Of a stretch of DNA of 64,000 nucleotides, positions 38,878-48,184 are shown piece after piece. Made by a program: the position numbers and the translations under genes. How positions within the stretch are numbered: position 1 is the stretch's first letter; every line of letters starts with the position of its first letter. The notes under the pieces were generated by a model. The model saw only the letters and a program-made list of their open reading frames with translations. It was not told where the DNA came from and did not search any database. The DNA lies in NCBI GenBank assembly GCA_018817165.1, contig JAHITY010000072.1:49164-113163 (forward strand), given 5' to 3'. The stretch is from Candidatus Omnitrophota bacterium (GTDB lineage: Bacteria > Omnitrophota > Gorgyraeia > B26-G9).

Positions 38878-40011
38878 ATGAAAAGGATTATTTGCGCTGT
38901 AGTTCTAATCGTAATTTTGTGTGCTGTGCCGGCAGTTGCCGCGGACTGGCCGATGTTTCGTAATGATGCTTTACATCAAGCGCAATCTAAAGAAATATTG
39001 CAGCCGCCTTTAAAGGAAAAATGGCATTTCAGCACTCAGGGAAAAATTATTTCATCGCCCAGTGTTTATAATAATGCGGTATTGATCGGCTCAAGAGATA
39101 ATTATTTGTATTGCCTTAATGCGGAGAACGGTGGTTTAAATTGGAAATTCCAAACAAGAGGATGGATAGATTCATCGCCAGCGGTTTCTAATGACAAAGT
39201 TTATATTAGCTCTAGAGATGGAAATTTATATTGTTTGAATTTTGAAGATGGCAAGCTTTTATGGAAATATGCAACTGGCGGCACTGATTTTTCTTCGCCC
39301 TTGGTCGCGGATAATAAAGTGTTTTGCGGCAGTGGGTTTCCAAATAAGTTTATTTACGCGCTTGACGCAAAGAGTGGTAAAGAGATATGGAAAGTGGAAA
39401 CAAATCAAATGGTATATTCATCAGCAGCTTTGGATGGAGATCAATTGTATGTCGGGTCTAATGATGGATATGTTTATTGTTTGAATAAAGACACTGGAGC
39501 TGTGCTGTGGAAGTATCAGACCAAAGGCGGTATTTATATGGCATCACCGACTATGGATGCAAATAAATTATATATTGCTGCCGGTGATTTCGACTGGTCG
39601 GTTTACGCGCTTAATCTTGATAAAGGCACTGAGGCATGGAAGTATACAATTGAAGATAGTCAGTCTACCCCTAATTATGTATCAACAGTGGCGGTATCGG
39701 ATAAAGGTATCTTTATTATCGCGGGTTATGAACAACAATATATTTATTGTTTAAATGGTTTAAATGGAAAATTGCAGTGGAAGCAGGCATTAGGTCCAGC
39801 AGCGCGATATGGATTTGCCTCTTCAGCTTGCGTTACCGAAGATATTGTTTATGTTGCTTCAGCAAAAGGCATATTAATCGGTTTGGAAATCAGCACAGGT
39901 GTGTTAAAATGGCAGTATGGATTAGGCTCAGGAGTGCTTTCATCTCCGGCAGTATCTGAGGGCAAATTATTTATTGGTACAATTGATGGTAAATTGTACG
40001 CGTTTGAATAA
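38878..40011 (+). CDS. Secreted PQQ-repeat beta-propeller protein (BamB-like)
   Basis: 377 aa. Signal peptide 'MKRIICAVVLIVILCAVPAVAADW'. Repeated 'LYCLNAENGGLNWKF', 'LYCLNFEDGKLLWKY', 'IYALDAKSGKEIWKV', 'VYCLNKDTGAVLWKY' (PQQ enzyme repeat pattern). RBS 'aagggag'. Confidence 0.8.
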   Translation: MKRIICAVVLIVILCAVPAVAADWPMFRNDALHQAQSKEILQPPLKEKWHFSTQGKIISSPSVYNNAVLIGSRDNYLYCLNAENGGLNWKFQTRGWIDSSPAVSNDKVYISSRDGNLYCLNFEDGKLLWKYATGGTDFSSPLVADNKVFCGSGFPNKFIYALDAKSGKEIWKVETNQMVYSSAALDGDQLYVGSNDGYVYCLNKDTGAVLWKYQTKGGIYMASPTMDANKLYIAAGDFDWSVYALNLDKGTEAWKYTIEDSQSTPNYVSTVAVSDKGIFIIAGYEQQYIYCLNGLNGKLQWKQALGPAARYGFASSACVTEDIVYVASAKGILIGLEISTGVLKWQYGLGSGVLSSPAVSEGKLFIGTIDGKLYAFE

Positions 40012-40025
40012 TCAAGGAAATAAAA

Positions 40026-40433
40026 ATGAAGCTTAAATCAAACAAAGGATTTAGTCTGGCAGAAGTTTTAGTCGCGGGATTCGTCGCGGCAGTTGCTTTT
40101 GTGGCAATTTTAGGGACATTAAGTAATATCACATTGCTCAATGAGCTTAATCAGGAAAAGACTTTTGCCGCAATGCACGCGCAGTATCTTCTTGAGGAAA
40201 TCCGTGACGCGGCATTTGCTAATCTTGAGAATAATATTAATAATGGGAATTGGGATTTTACGCTTAATCAGCTTGCGGCAAATCCCTATAATTTTACCGG
40301 ACTAAATTTAGAAAGTGTAGATACAATGGTTGTTAATACGGGCAATCCTTTACAAGTAAGGTTGACGGTTAATTGGACTGATCGCAGGGGATCAGCCAGG
40401 ACTTATGCTTTAGAAATGCTGAGGACAGATTAA
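40026..40433 (+). CDS. Prepilin-type (class III signal peptide) pilin/pseudopilin
   Basis: 135 aa. 'MKLKSNKGFSLAEVLVAGFVAAVAFVAIL' = K-G|F-S-L-A-E prepilin cleavage/methylation motif with Glu+5. Confidence 0.7.
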   Translation: MKLKSNKGFSLAEVLVAGFVAAVAFVAILGTLSNITLLNELNQEKTFAAMHAQYLLEEIRDAAFANLENNINNGNWDFTLNQLAANPYNFTGLNLESVDTMVVNTGNPLQVRLTVNWTDRRGSARTYALEMLRTD

Positions 40434-40904
40434 ATGAAAGGATTCACATTAGTAGAGTTAATGGTTTCTGTTTTGATAATGACGGGAATGGTCATTGGTT
40501 TGCTTGCGGCTTTTGAAGTGGGCAGAAATGTTTATGATTCTAATCAGGGTTTAATGGAAAAACAAAGGATAATCCAGCAAACAATGGGAGCAATAGTAAA
40601 AGAAATCCGGCAGTCAAAACTGGCTGATATTACAATAAGCAATGGAAATACGCGGATTGATTTTATAATTCCGACAAGTGTCAATCCTTTGACTAATTCC
40701 AGTAATATCAGGTATTCGATTTTAAATAATCAGATTGTCCGGGAGCATCCTCCGGGCAATCAGCAGGTTTTGGCAATTAATGTTGATTCTCTGATGTTTG
40801 ATTTAAGCGGCAATTTGTTGGAAATAGAAATTCAAGCGCGTATTTCATTGAGAACCGGAGATATGCTGTTTACTGTCAAGGAAAAGGTTTCTTTACGCAG
40901 CTAG
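40434..40904 (+). CDS. Prepilin-type minor pilin (PilW/PilV-like)
   Basis: 156 aa. 'MKGFTLVELMVSVLIMTGMVIGLLAAF' = G|FTLVE motif. Start abuts the preceding stop. Confidence 0.7.
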   Translation: MKGFTLVELMVSVLIMTGMVIGLLAAFEVGRNVYDSNQGLMEKQRIIQQTMGAIVKEIRQSKLADITISNGNTRIDFIIPTSVNPLTNSSNIRYSILNNQIVREHPPGNQQVLAINVDSLMFDLSGNLLEIEIQARISLRTGDMLFTVKEKVSLRS

Positions 40905-40912
40905 CGGGGGTT

Positions 40913-42130
40913 ATGATGAACAAAAAAGGTTTTGCCATGGCTTTGAATTTGGTGATTATTGTTGTTTTAACAATTCTTGCCAGCGCTTTACTTTTACGCG
41001 GAGCTGTAGCCAGTAAGCGAACCGAAGGGTTTGTTGATCAGACACGGGCATTTTGGATGGCTGAATCCGGAGTTGCCAAGGCAGTATACGCGCTTAATAA
41101 TGGATCATGGGCAGGCTGGACAGCGCAGGGAAACAATAGAATATTGCAGGGATCGCTGGGTACTGCGGGCGATTATGATATCACGGTTTATAATTATCTG
41201 AGCGCTAATGCGCGGATTGAATCAACCGGATTTTTTCCCAGCAGAATAGCGGCAAGTCCGATCACGCGTAAGGTTGAAGTGCTTGTATCCAAAGCGAATA
41301 ATTCCTTGTTTAAGTACGCGGCTTTTGCAGAAGGCACGCTGTCGCTTAGCGGTCAGGGTTCAACTGATAGTTATGATTCATCTTTAGGGGCTTATGGCGG
41401 AGCGAATATTGGTTCGGATGGAGATGTGGGCAGTAATACGGAGTTTTCCGGCTCAGGCCAAGCTTATGTTGATGGTGATATAAATATTCCAGTAGGCGAA
41501 ACAGCTCCGGCGGCAAATTATTATTCCGGAACAGTCATTGAAGAAGATAAGCCGACTTTAACCACAGTTTCTGTGCCAGCAAATCTAACAACATTAACTA
41601 ATCTGGGCAGTATTTCCAGCACAACTACTTTGAATCCCGGAGATTATCAATACTGGATGATTAATGTAGCTAGTCATACGACAGTGACACTTGTTGGTCC
41701 AATAAATCTTTATTTAACTGGAACAACAGCGATAAAAGTAGCTGGGCAAGCCGAAATTTATATTGACCCAGCCAGCGCTGGTCCGGTAAATATTTATTTT
41801 GACGGAGACGTGAGCTTAACTGGACAAGGGATAACTAATGGCACCAGTGTTCCGGCAAATCTGATTTTGTATGGAACCGGGACAACTCAAGACATTAAAT
41901 TATCAGGTCAAGGTGATTTTTACGGAGGGATATATGCTCCTAATTCAGATCTGAAACTTACCGGGCAAGGTTCATTGCTGGGCGCTTTTGTGGGGAATAC
42001 TGTTACAATTAGCGGCCAAGGCGGGATTCATTATGATACTCAATTAGGCTCAGCAGGCGCTTCAGCGGTAAATACTTATTCAATTACCAGTTGGAGTGAT
42101 ACGCAGAATTCTTTTGGAATTTTTCAGTGA
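40913..42130 (+). CDS. PilX-N-domain minor pilin-like protein with a GQG-repeat C-terminal region (possible tip/adhesin component)
   Basis: 405 aa. 'MMNKKGFAMALNLVIIVVLTILASALLLRGAVASKRTEGFVDQTRAFWMAESGV' resembles the PilX_N consensus (KGFALVLALLVLVVLTLLG...R...A..AAEAG). C-terminal repeated 'LSGQG', 'LTGQG', 'ISGQG'. Confidence 0.55.
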   Translation: MMNKKGFAMALNLVIIVVLTILASALLLRGAVASKRTEGFVDQTRAFWMAESGVAKAVYALNNGSWAGWTAQGNNRILQGSLGTAGDYDITVYNYLSANARIESTGFFPSRIAASPITRKVEVLVSKANNSLFKYAAFAEGTLSLSGQGSTDSYDSSLGAYGGANIGSDGDVGSNTEFSGSGQAYVDGDINIPVGETAPAANYYSGTVIEEDKPTLTTVSVPANLTTLTNLGSISSTTTLNPGDYQYWMINVASHTTVTLVGPINLYLTGTTAIKVAGQAEIYIDPASAGPVNIYFDGDVSLTGQGITNGTSVPANLILYGTGTTQDIKLSGQGDFYGGIYAPNSDLKLTGQGSLLGAFVGNTVTISGQGGIHYDTQLGSAGASAVNTYSITSWSDTQNSFGIFQ

Positions 42131-42241
42131 TTTATTTTAGGAATATTTTTTTGTGCCGCGGATACAGCTTATGCTCAGAGAAATATTAGCAGCACTAACA
42201 CATTTGGCACAGCCTAAGGCATTAATTTCATAAATTTCCCG

Positions 42242-42275
42242 AGTATCGACGCGTGGCGGCTGATACTTTTTTTTC
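42242..42275 (+). terminator. Candidate intrinsic terminator after the plus-strand pilin genes
   Basis: 'AGTATCgacgcgtggcggctGATACTtttttttt': 6-bp stem, GC-rich loop region with an inner CGC/GCG stem, then an 8-T run. Confidence 0.4.
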
Positions 42276-42341
42276 TGCTCTGATTTCTTGTCTTTTTTAT
42301 CCATGTTTTTTATTATACATTATTTGGGAATATTCAACAAA

Positions 42342-44123
42342 CTATTTTTTCACTGGTTGATCCTGATGGGTTTTTCTGGTTTTATTTTTTGTTTTCTTTT
42401 TGGTCTTTTTTTGTGAGTCAGGATTAACCACAGTTTCTACTGCTGCTTTTAATTCTTCTGTGGTCTGCGCTTGTCCGATTATATTCAGTTTATCTTTAGA
42501 AGCTTGAGTCATTTCCTGAAGTTCTTTGATGCTTTTAAGGATTGTCGGGCTGAGGAAAATAAGCAATTCTGTTTTTAATGTTGTTTTTTCGGTTTTCTTA
42601 AATAAATTTCCAATAAAAGGAATATCGCCAAGTAAAGGTACTTTATTTTCAATAATGCTATCATTGTCGCGCATTAATCCGCCAAGAACAACAGTATGGC
42701 CATCAGGAACCATTACAGTGGCATCAGCTTCCCGCTTATTGATTATGCTGGCATCAAATAATGTTTTAGCGCTCAAGTCTTTTAATTCAGCATGCACTTT
42801 TAAATTAACAAATCCATCTTGACTTATTCGGGGCGTGACTTTAAGGCCTAGGCCAACATCTTGATATTTGAAATTAACAGTAGTGACATTATTTACCAAA
42901 TCAGTGACTGATGATTCAATGATTGGAATTTCCTGTCCTACAGTGATAGATGATTCCTGATTATTAGAGGCTAAAATCCGGGGGGTGGAAAGCACTTTTG
43001 TGTTTTCCTGAGTTTTTAAAATAAAGCCTAAAAGATTCGTCCGTTCATTTTGATTTAAAATTCGATAAGTGAATCCTTGAGTCGAGGCTTCAGTGGATAA
43101 ATTAAGCAGGGAGTGAAAGATGTTTTGATCCTTGCTACCGCTTTTAATTCCTTCGGTTGTCAGCGTGGGGTTAGTTGAAGACGCGTATTCAACTCCCATG
43201 GTCAGGTCATCGCTGAGGGTGACATCCATCAGGATGACTTCAATCATTGCCTGAGGAGGGAAAACATCAAGTTTTGTGATCAAACGCTCAATCGCCGGAA
43301 AATTAACCAAAGCAGTAGCTACTACTATTGAATTTGTTTCTTCTTCGGAATAAGCTTCAATCGCGCCAAAAATTTCTAAAGGAATATCGCCTAAGCCCAG
43401 CTCGCTAAATTCCGGGTATCTGGCATCTTTATCTTCTTTGGACAGATCATTTAATATTTTAGAAATTTTAACAGCATCGCCATAATTAACTACAAAGGTT
43501 TTAACCTGCATGCTTGCTGGCAGAGGCCGGTCGATTTGCGAGATAATAGTAGCTAAACGTTTAATATTAGAAGAAGTATCTGTAATTACTATAGTATTTG
43601 TCCGCTCATTAGCCAGGATATTGCCATGTTTGCCGATTAAGGATTGGAGCTCATTTTTAATTTTGATCGCTGAAGAGTATTTTAGAGGCATTACTTGAGT
43701 GATAACAATATCCTGATCTTTTATAAATCCCGGCCAGCTTCCGACTTGGACTTCAACGCTTGATTGCTTAATGTCAGCTACCGGGACAATTTTCAAAGTT
43801 TCTCCTGACTTTATGACTGTAAATCCGCGGATCATTAGCGCGCTTTCCAACACATTTATTACTGTTTCAGGTTTTACTTTTTCCATGCTTACTATGGAGA
43901 TAGTTCCTTTAAGATTTTCATTGGGAATTATTATTGTACCGGTTAAATCGCCTAATACCTTAATTGCTTGATTTATATCCGTATCTTGGAAGCTCAAAGA
44001 AATTAGATTTTCAGACTCAGGGTTGTTTTCAGAAGTTTCCCTGTATTCCTGGGAAAAAATATTCACTGGATTGGAAAAAAGTAAGAGAAAAATCCCGATA
44101 CAGATTAATTTATAATATTTCAT
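42342..44123 (-). CDS. pilQ: Secretin (PilQ/GspD family outer-membrane channel)
   Basis: 593 aa. Signal peptide. C-terminal secretin signature 'VPDGHTVVLGGLMRDNDSIIENKVPLLGDIPFIGNLFK'. Lys-rich C-terminal tail. Downstream of pilMNOP-like genes on the same strand. Confidence 0.9.
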   Translation of the reverse strand: MKYYKLICIGIFLLLFSNPVNIFSQEYRETSENNPESENLISLSFQDTDINQAIKVLGDLTGTIIIPNENLKGTISIVSMEKVKPETVINVLESALMIRGFTVIKSGETLKIVPVADIKQSSVEVQVGSWPGFIKDQDIVITQVMPLKYSSAIKIKNELQSLIGKHGNILANERTNTIVITDTSSNIKRLATIISQIDRPLPASMQVKTFVVNYGDAVKISKILNDLSKEDKDARYPEFSELGLGDIPLEIFGAIEAYSEEETNSIVVATALVNFPAIERLITKLDVFPPQAMIEVILMDVTLSDDLTMGVEYASSTNPTLTTEGIKSGSKDQNIFHSLLNLSTEASTQGFTYRILNQNERTNLLGFILKTQENTKVLSTPRILASNNQESSITVGQEIPIIESSVTDLVNNVTTVNFKYQDVGLGLKVTPRISQDGFVNLKVHAELKDLSAKTLFDASIINKREADATVMVPDGHTVVLGGLMRDNDSIIENKVPLLGDIPFIGNLFKKTEKTTLKTELLIFLSPTILKSIKELQEMTQASKDKLNIIGQAQTTEELKAAVETVVNPDSQKKTKKKTKNKTRKTHQDQPVKK

Positions 44124-44737
44124 TTTGTCCCCCTAGTGCCAGATCTTATTTGCTGGATTGTATTTGCTCTTAAAGTTGGTGGTGATAAATCTTCTTCCAT
44201 AATAACAGGTTCTTGTTCAATATTGATTTCTGTTTTTTCAGTGGTAGGTTCTGAATTTTTTTGCTGAGCAGCTTGCTGGAGTTTTAATTCAAAGTCTTTT
44301 CCATCTTTTTGAATGATTATCTTATTTAGCATGATCGATTTAACGGTATAATCTTCAATAGCTTCATTAACCGAAACATAAAATCCCTTTTTTGTGCTTT
44401 TTTGCTCGACGATTGCTTTATAACCGTTTTTAATTTCAATAACTCCGGTGAGAATTAGATCTAAGCTGTCTTTTTCCTGTTTTATGTTTGTTTCAATTGG
44501 AATTGATCCAATTTCCGGTTGATCTTTTTTGGGGCGAAAAAAATTTCGCTGCTCAATAACTTTGTAATAATTGAAGGAGGCATCTTCATCAACCAGCAAG
44601 GCTGAATCAGTTGTCTGGGCATAACAGCAGCAAGATACAAGACACAAGACACAAGACACAAGAGTTGATAGTGTAAAATTTACAAAAAACGATTTCCGGT
44701 CTGCAGTTTGTGTGCTGTGAGTTATGGACTGATTCAT
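44120..44737 (-). CDS. pilP: PilP-like lipoprotein (inner-membrane pilus assembly lipoprotein); N-terminal lipobox encoded by a heptamer microsatellite
   Basis: 205 aa. Position between the pilO-like gene and pilQ. 'FTLSTLVSCVLCLVSCCCYAQ' contains an L-V-S-C lipobox, duplicated. 4-nt overlap with pilQ. Confidence 0.5.
   Translation of the reverse strand: MNQSITHSTQTADRKSFFVNFTLSTLVSCVLCLVSCCCYAQTTDSALLVDEDASFNYYKVIEQRNFFRPKKDQPEIGSIPIETNIKQEKDSLDLILTGVIEIKNGYKAIVEQKSTKKGFYVSVNEAIEDYTVKSIMLNKIIIQKDGKDFELKLQQAAQQKNSEPTTEKTEINIEQEPVIMEEDLSPPTLRANTIQQIRSGTRGTK
44632..44664. repeat. Heptamer microsatellite (ACAAGAC)x~5 inside the pilP signal-peptide coding region
   Basis: 'acaagat acaagac acaagac acaagac acaagag'. 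Reads CTTGTGT in mRNA sense and encodes 'LVSCVLCLVSC'. Confidence 0.7.
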
Positions 44738-44739
44738 GT

Positions 44740-45264
44740 TTACTGCTCCTTTAAAAATATAGTTGATATAATTAAATGACCTTTTAATAAAGCGGAACGC
44801 TCTGATTTTGGCTGCAGACTTAAGCGGTTGGCAACTAAGACAACTGATGATTTGCGCATTTCGTAGAGAAATCGGACAATATTTCCCAAATTAGCTTCCA
44901 TATTAATTTCCACGGATAATTCATTGGAAAAACCTAATTCTCTTAAAGGCTGAGGGTTCATTGATTCAATGTGGATGTTTGTTTTTCTGGCAACTTCTCC
45001 AATGGCGGTTAGAAAATTACTTTGGCCTCGCTCGGAGGGGAGTTTAGCCTGAATTTTTTTGTTCATGTTAGAATATGACTGATTCAGTGCTTCTTTTTGT
45101 TGAATGATTTTTCGGCTTTTTTCGAGCAAAGCCAGCTTTTGGTTTATCTGAGTTTTTTGTTCGTTTGATTTTCTAAGAAAAGGGCTGATTATAGAAATAT
45201 AAACCAGGCAAAGAGCAGCGATGCTGGCAATTATGAGTATAAGTTTTTTATTTTTTAGCCACAT
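44740..45264 (-). CDS. pilO: PilO-like pilus assembly protein (N-terminal TM + coiled coil + periplasmic domain)
   Basis: 174 aa. 'MWLKNKKLILIIASIAALCLVYISIISPF' TM followed by a coiled-coil 'KTQINQKLALLEKSRKIIQQKEAL'. Operon position between pilMN and pilP. Confidence 0.5.
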   Translation of the reverse strand: MWLKNKKLILIIASIAALCLVYISIISPFLRKSNEQKTQINQKLALLEKSRKIIQQKEALNQSYSNMNKKIQAKLPSERGQSNFLTAIGEVARKTNIHIESMNPQPLRELGFSNELSVEINMEANLGNIVRFLYEMRKSSVVLVANRLSLQPKSERSALLKGHLIISTIFLKEQ

Positions 45265-45265
45265 A

Positions 45266-47080
45266 TTAGTTTGCCTCTTTATTTTTTATTTTACTAATAA
45301 TTTCAAAATCAATTATTTCTTCACCCGGCAGCCCTTTTTTTCGGGTAAATAAAATTTTCACATCAGCAAAGAAGGACGAGTCATTTAAAAGTTGAGAAAA
45401 ATTAACTACTGATGAATGTGATTGGGCTATGCCTGATAAAATTACCGATTCGTTTTTTTCAAAAGTAAAATTATCGATCATAATGTCATATGGGGCAATT
45501 ATGCTTATTTCCCGTAAGATTTCCATGCAGGAATTATTAGCACCGACATAGTCTTCGATTGTTTGGATTCTGTCTTTTAATTGCGATACAATTAATAAAT
45601 CAGGTTCTAAGGCCTGTAGTTGTTTGTCGAGAGCTTTTAGACGATTATTATTTAAAGATAATAGCCAGGCCGGTAATGCGAATAAAGATATGAGCGCAAA
45701 CAGGCAAACCGCTATGTAGGTAATTTGTTTTATTTTTAAATTTTTAGCTTTTTTTGCGTGTTTAATATCTTCCGGGACAAGATTTAAATTTAAATATCCA
45801 GTATTCGGTTCTTTTTTTATTAGTCCGGTACAAAGCTGAAATTCTTGAGCGTGCTTTTCGTAATTATTGATTACCGCGGGGTTGCCATCGAAGGTCAGGG
45901 GTTTTTCCATGACAATTTTTACTTTTAGTTTTTCTCTTAAATACTCATTGAAATTTATCAAGCAAGCTCCGCCGCCACTTAAATTAAGCTGCTGAATGTC
46001 GATTTTTCCGGTATTTATCTGGAAGGATTCCAACGTGCGATTGATTTCTAATATAAGATCATCTGCCCATTTAGTTGATATTGAAGAAATATTTTTTTGA
46101 ATTTCATTAGTGTCTTGTTTTGTAATAATAATTCCATTTTCGTGCTTTAATTTTTGAGCATTATCAAAACTGAGATTAAGATTCTTACTCAGACGGAGAG
46201 TTAAATCTTTTGATCCCCAGGTAATATTTCGGCAAAAGCTAAGTTGATTGTTATTAATAATATTTATATCAGTATATGTTGCTCCAATATGGACTTGGAG
46301 ATAAATGCCTTGTTTTCTGTTTTTAGATAATGAACAGTTGTAAAGGGCAATAGAACTTGCTTTGATGCTATCAGGATATAAATTTAATGTTTCAAGCAAA
46401 TCAAGATGATCTTTTATTAACGATTTTTTGGCAGCAATAAGAATTATTTTACTTTCCGGTGACTCTTGAGAAAGAATATTATAATCCATCTCAATCTCAG
46501 AAAGGGGAAACGGTAAATGCTGTTCAGCTTCAAACACGAGCATTTTTTCTATTTCATGTTTTTGGATCGTGGGCAGACTGATGAATTTTACAATCATTGT
46601 GCTTCGGGAAAGCAGGGTATTTATTTTAGAGTTTTTAAATAAAAGATTTTTGGTGAAAGGAAGGATGCTTTTCTTGGTGAAATTATTTAGCTTTTCTACA
46701 GTATTAGTGATAATATTTGGAACCGGGATAAAAATCGCATCTTGCAGGGTAATGTTTTGTTTTTCATACTTTAAAATCAGTATTTTTATGCTGCTTGATC
46801 CGATATCGATGATAATTTGGTTGTCAGTTTTTTGCGCATTAATATTTGCCAAAAAATTATCAATAAATCTAGAGAGTCTATCAGTGTATTTGAGCGGTAC
46901 GCCTTGACTGATTTTTTTAATAAGCTGCAGCTCATCATCAGGAGTGTTAGGCTTTGTCCCTGATTTTTTTTGTTCATCTTTTTGAGTGATATCTACTTGA
47001 TGAAATAGGGCATCAAGGCCTAAGCCTTTAATTTTAGACTTAACAATATCATCTATTTTATCTTTATGCTTATCGTTCAT
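45266..47080 (-). CDS. PilM-PilN fusion protein (actin-like ATPase-fold PilM domain, then TM and PilN-like coiled-coil/periplasmic domain)
   Basis: 604 aa. 'IIIDIGSSSIKILILKYEKQ' (PilM phosphate-1-like), 'YLQVHIGATYTDINII', 'NLSGGGACLINFNEYL'. Then TM 'ITYIAVCLFALISLFALPAWLL' and coiled coil 'NRLKALDKQLQALEPDL'. Confidence 0.7.
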   Translation of the reverse strand: MNDKHKDKIDDIVKSKIKGLGLDALFHQVDITQKDEQKKSGTKPNTPDDELQLIKKISQGVPLKYTDRLSRFIDNFLANINAQKTDNQIIIDIGSSSIKILILKYEKQNITLQDAIFIPVPNIITNTVEKLNNFTKKSILPFTKNLLFKNSKINTLLSRSTMIVKFISLPTIQKHEIEKMLVFEAEQHLPFPLSEIEMDYNILSQESPESKIILIAAKKSLIKDHLDLLETLNLYPDSIKASSIALYNCSLSKNRKQGIYLQVHIGATYTDINIINNNQLSFCRNITWGSKDLTLRLSKNLNLSFDNAQKLKHENGIIITKQDTNEIQKNISSISTKWADDLILEINRTLESFQINTGKIDIQQLNLSGGGACLINFNEYLREKLKVKIVMEKPLTFDGNPAVINNYEKHAQEFQLCTGLIKKEPNTGYLNLNLVPEDIKHAKKAKNLKIKQITYIAVCLFALISLFALPAWLLSLNNNRLKALDKQLQALEPDLLIVSQLKDRIQTIEDYVGANNSCMEILREISIIAPYDIMIDNFTFEKNESVILSGIAQSHSSVVNFSQLLNDSSFFADVKILFTRKKGLPGEEIIDFEIISKIKNKEAN

Positions 47081-47837
47081 TGGCTTTTTTATCCACTTCT
47101 TTTGCTAGGGCCATAAACATTTGCGCAGCCGGATTATCCGGAGCATATTGCTGAATGCTTTGTCCGTGAATTTCCGCTTCGGGAATTTTGGGATTGCGAC
47201 AAATTCTGGAACTAAATACTTTTCGGGCAGTAAAATACTCAATGATTGCTTGCGTGATCGAAGAGTGCAAGGGAATTGATTGATCATACATATTAATAAC
47301 TACTCCCATAAAGCGGACATAATGTTCAAGATCATCTTTAACTTTTAAAATTGTGCTCATCAGCATGCTCATCCCTTTTAAAGCGTAACTGCTGGGCTCA
47401 ATCGGAACCAGTAAATCAGTGCTGGCGACAATCGCATTAACTGTGAGTATGCCCAAAGAGGGCGGGCAGTCAATTATGATGTAATCATATTTGGATATTT
47501 CCGGGCGGATAGATTTTCTCAGTTTAAAGGGACGGGAAATATCCGAAGCAAGCTCAGTTTCCGCGCCGGATAGACTGATATTAGCCGGAGCAATAAAAAG
47601 ATTTTTAAGTTGATTGGGAATAATGATATCGCTTAAAGGGATATCATTGAGCAAGGCATCATAAATCGTATTATCCAGTTTATTAGTATTAATACCCAGT
47701 CCATCTGATGAGTTTCCCTGAGGATCTAAGTCTATAACCAAGACTCTGTATCCGAGTACAGCCAGGGAAGCTGATAAATTAATGGTGGTAGTGGTTTTGC
47801 CGACACCACCTTTTTGATTGGTCACAGCAATAATCAT
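47070..47837 (-). CDS. ParA/MinD-family P-loop ATPase co-operonic with the pilus assembly genes
   Basis: 255 aa. Deviant Walker A 'NQKGGVGKTTTTINLSASLA', 'VLVIDLDPQGNSS', 'DYIIIDCPPSLG'. Overlaps pilMN by 11 nt and the upstream HTH gene by 1 nt. Confidence 0.85.
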   Translation of the reverse strand: MIIAVTNQKGGVGKTTTTINLSASLAVLGYRVLVIDLDPQGNSSDGLGINTNKLDNTIYDALLNDIPLSDIIIPNQLKNLFIAPANISLSGAETELASDISRPFKLRKSIRPEISKYDYIIIDCPPSLGILTVNAIVASTDLLVPIEPSSYALKGMSMLMSTILKVKDDLEHYVRFMGVVINMYDQSIPLHSSITQAIIEYFTARKVFSSRICRNPKIPEAEIHGQSIQQYAPDNPAAQMFMALAKEVDKKANER

Positions 47838-48055
47838 TATTGCTCTCTTTTTTTATGTTTATTAAGATCCTGTTTAATTTCCTCAGCAAATAAGGCTTTA
47901 ATCTTTAAAACATCTTCTATTGTATAATAACGCCATTTTTTATCATCGCGTCTGGCTTTGGGCAAAATCCCCCAAGTCTCATAGTTCTTGATGGTTTGAA
48001 TCGAGACATTTAGTTCTTTTGCCAGATTATTTATTTTAAGGTTAACTTTTTTCAT
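47837..48055 (-). CDS. Small MerR-like HTH DNA-binding protein
   Basis: 72 aa. 'INNLAKELNVSIQTIKNYETWGILPKARRDDKKWRYYTIEDVLKIKAL' resembles the MerR-type HTH followed by a wing ('R...G.R.Y'). Confidence 0.5.
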   Translation of the reverse strand: MKKVNLKINNLAKELNVSIQTIKNYETWGILPKARRDDKKWRYYTIEDVLKIKALFAEEIKQDLNKHKKREQ

Positions 48056-48096
48056 AATTGTTAAATTTAGCGACTTTTGATATTAAACCCAATAAA

Positions 48097-48125
48097 ATAG
48101 TACCTTATTTTGATTATTTTGTCAA
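48097..48125 (-). promoter_or_regulatory. Candidate sigma-70 promoter for the minus-strand merR-parA-pilMNOPQ operon
   Basis: Minus-strand reading 'cTTGACAaaataatcaaaataaggTACTATttt': -35 TTGACA (48120..48125), 17-nt spacer, -10 TACTAT (48097..48102), ~40 nt upstream of the start codon at 48055. Confidence 0.35.
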
Positions 48126-48184
48126 GAACTTGTTGAGTTTTAAATTTATAAACTTGCACATGGTGTCCTGTAATAACGCGGCCA

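Noticed and set aside
46569-46907. 112-aa plus-strand ORF antisense to the pilM-pilN fusion gene, and other small antisense ORFs (43510..43698, 43771..43971, 42526..42822) within pilQ
   Set aside because: They lie entirely within strongly supported minus-strand genes whose motifs are intact, have no translation signals, and have AT-rich low-complexity translations.
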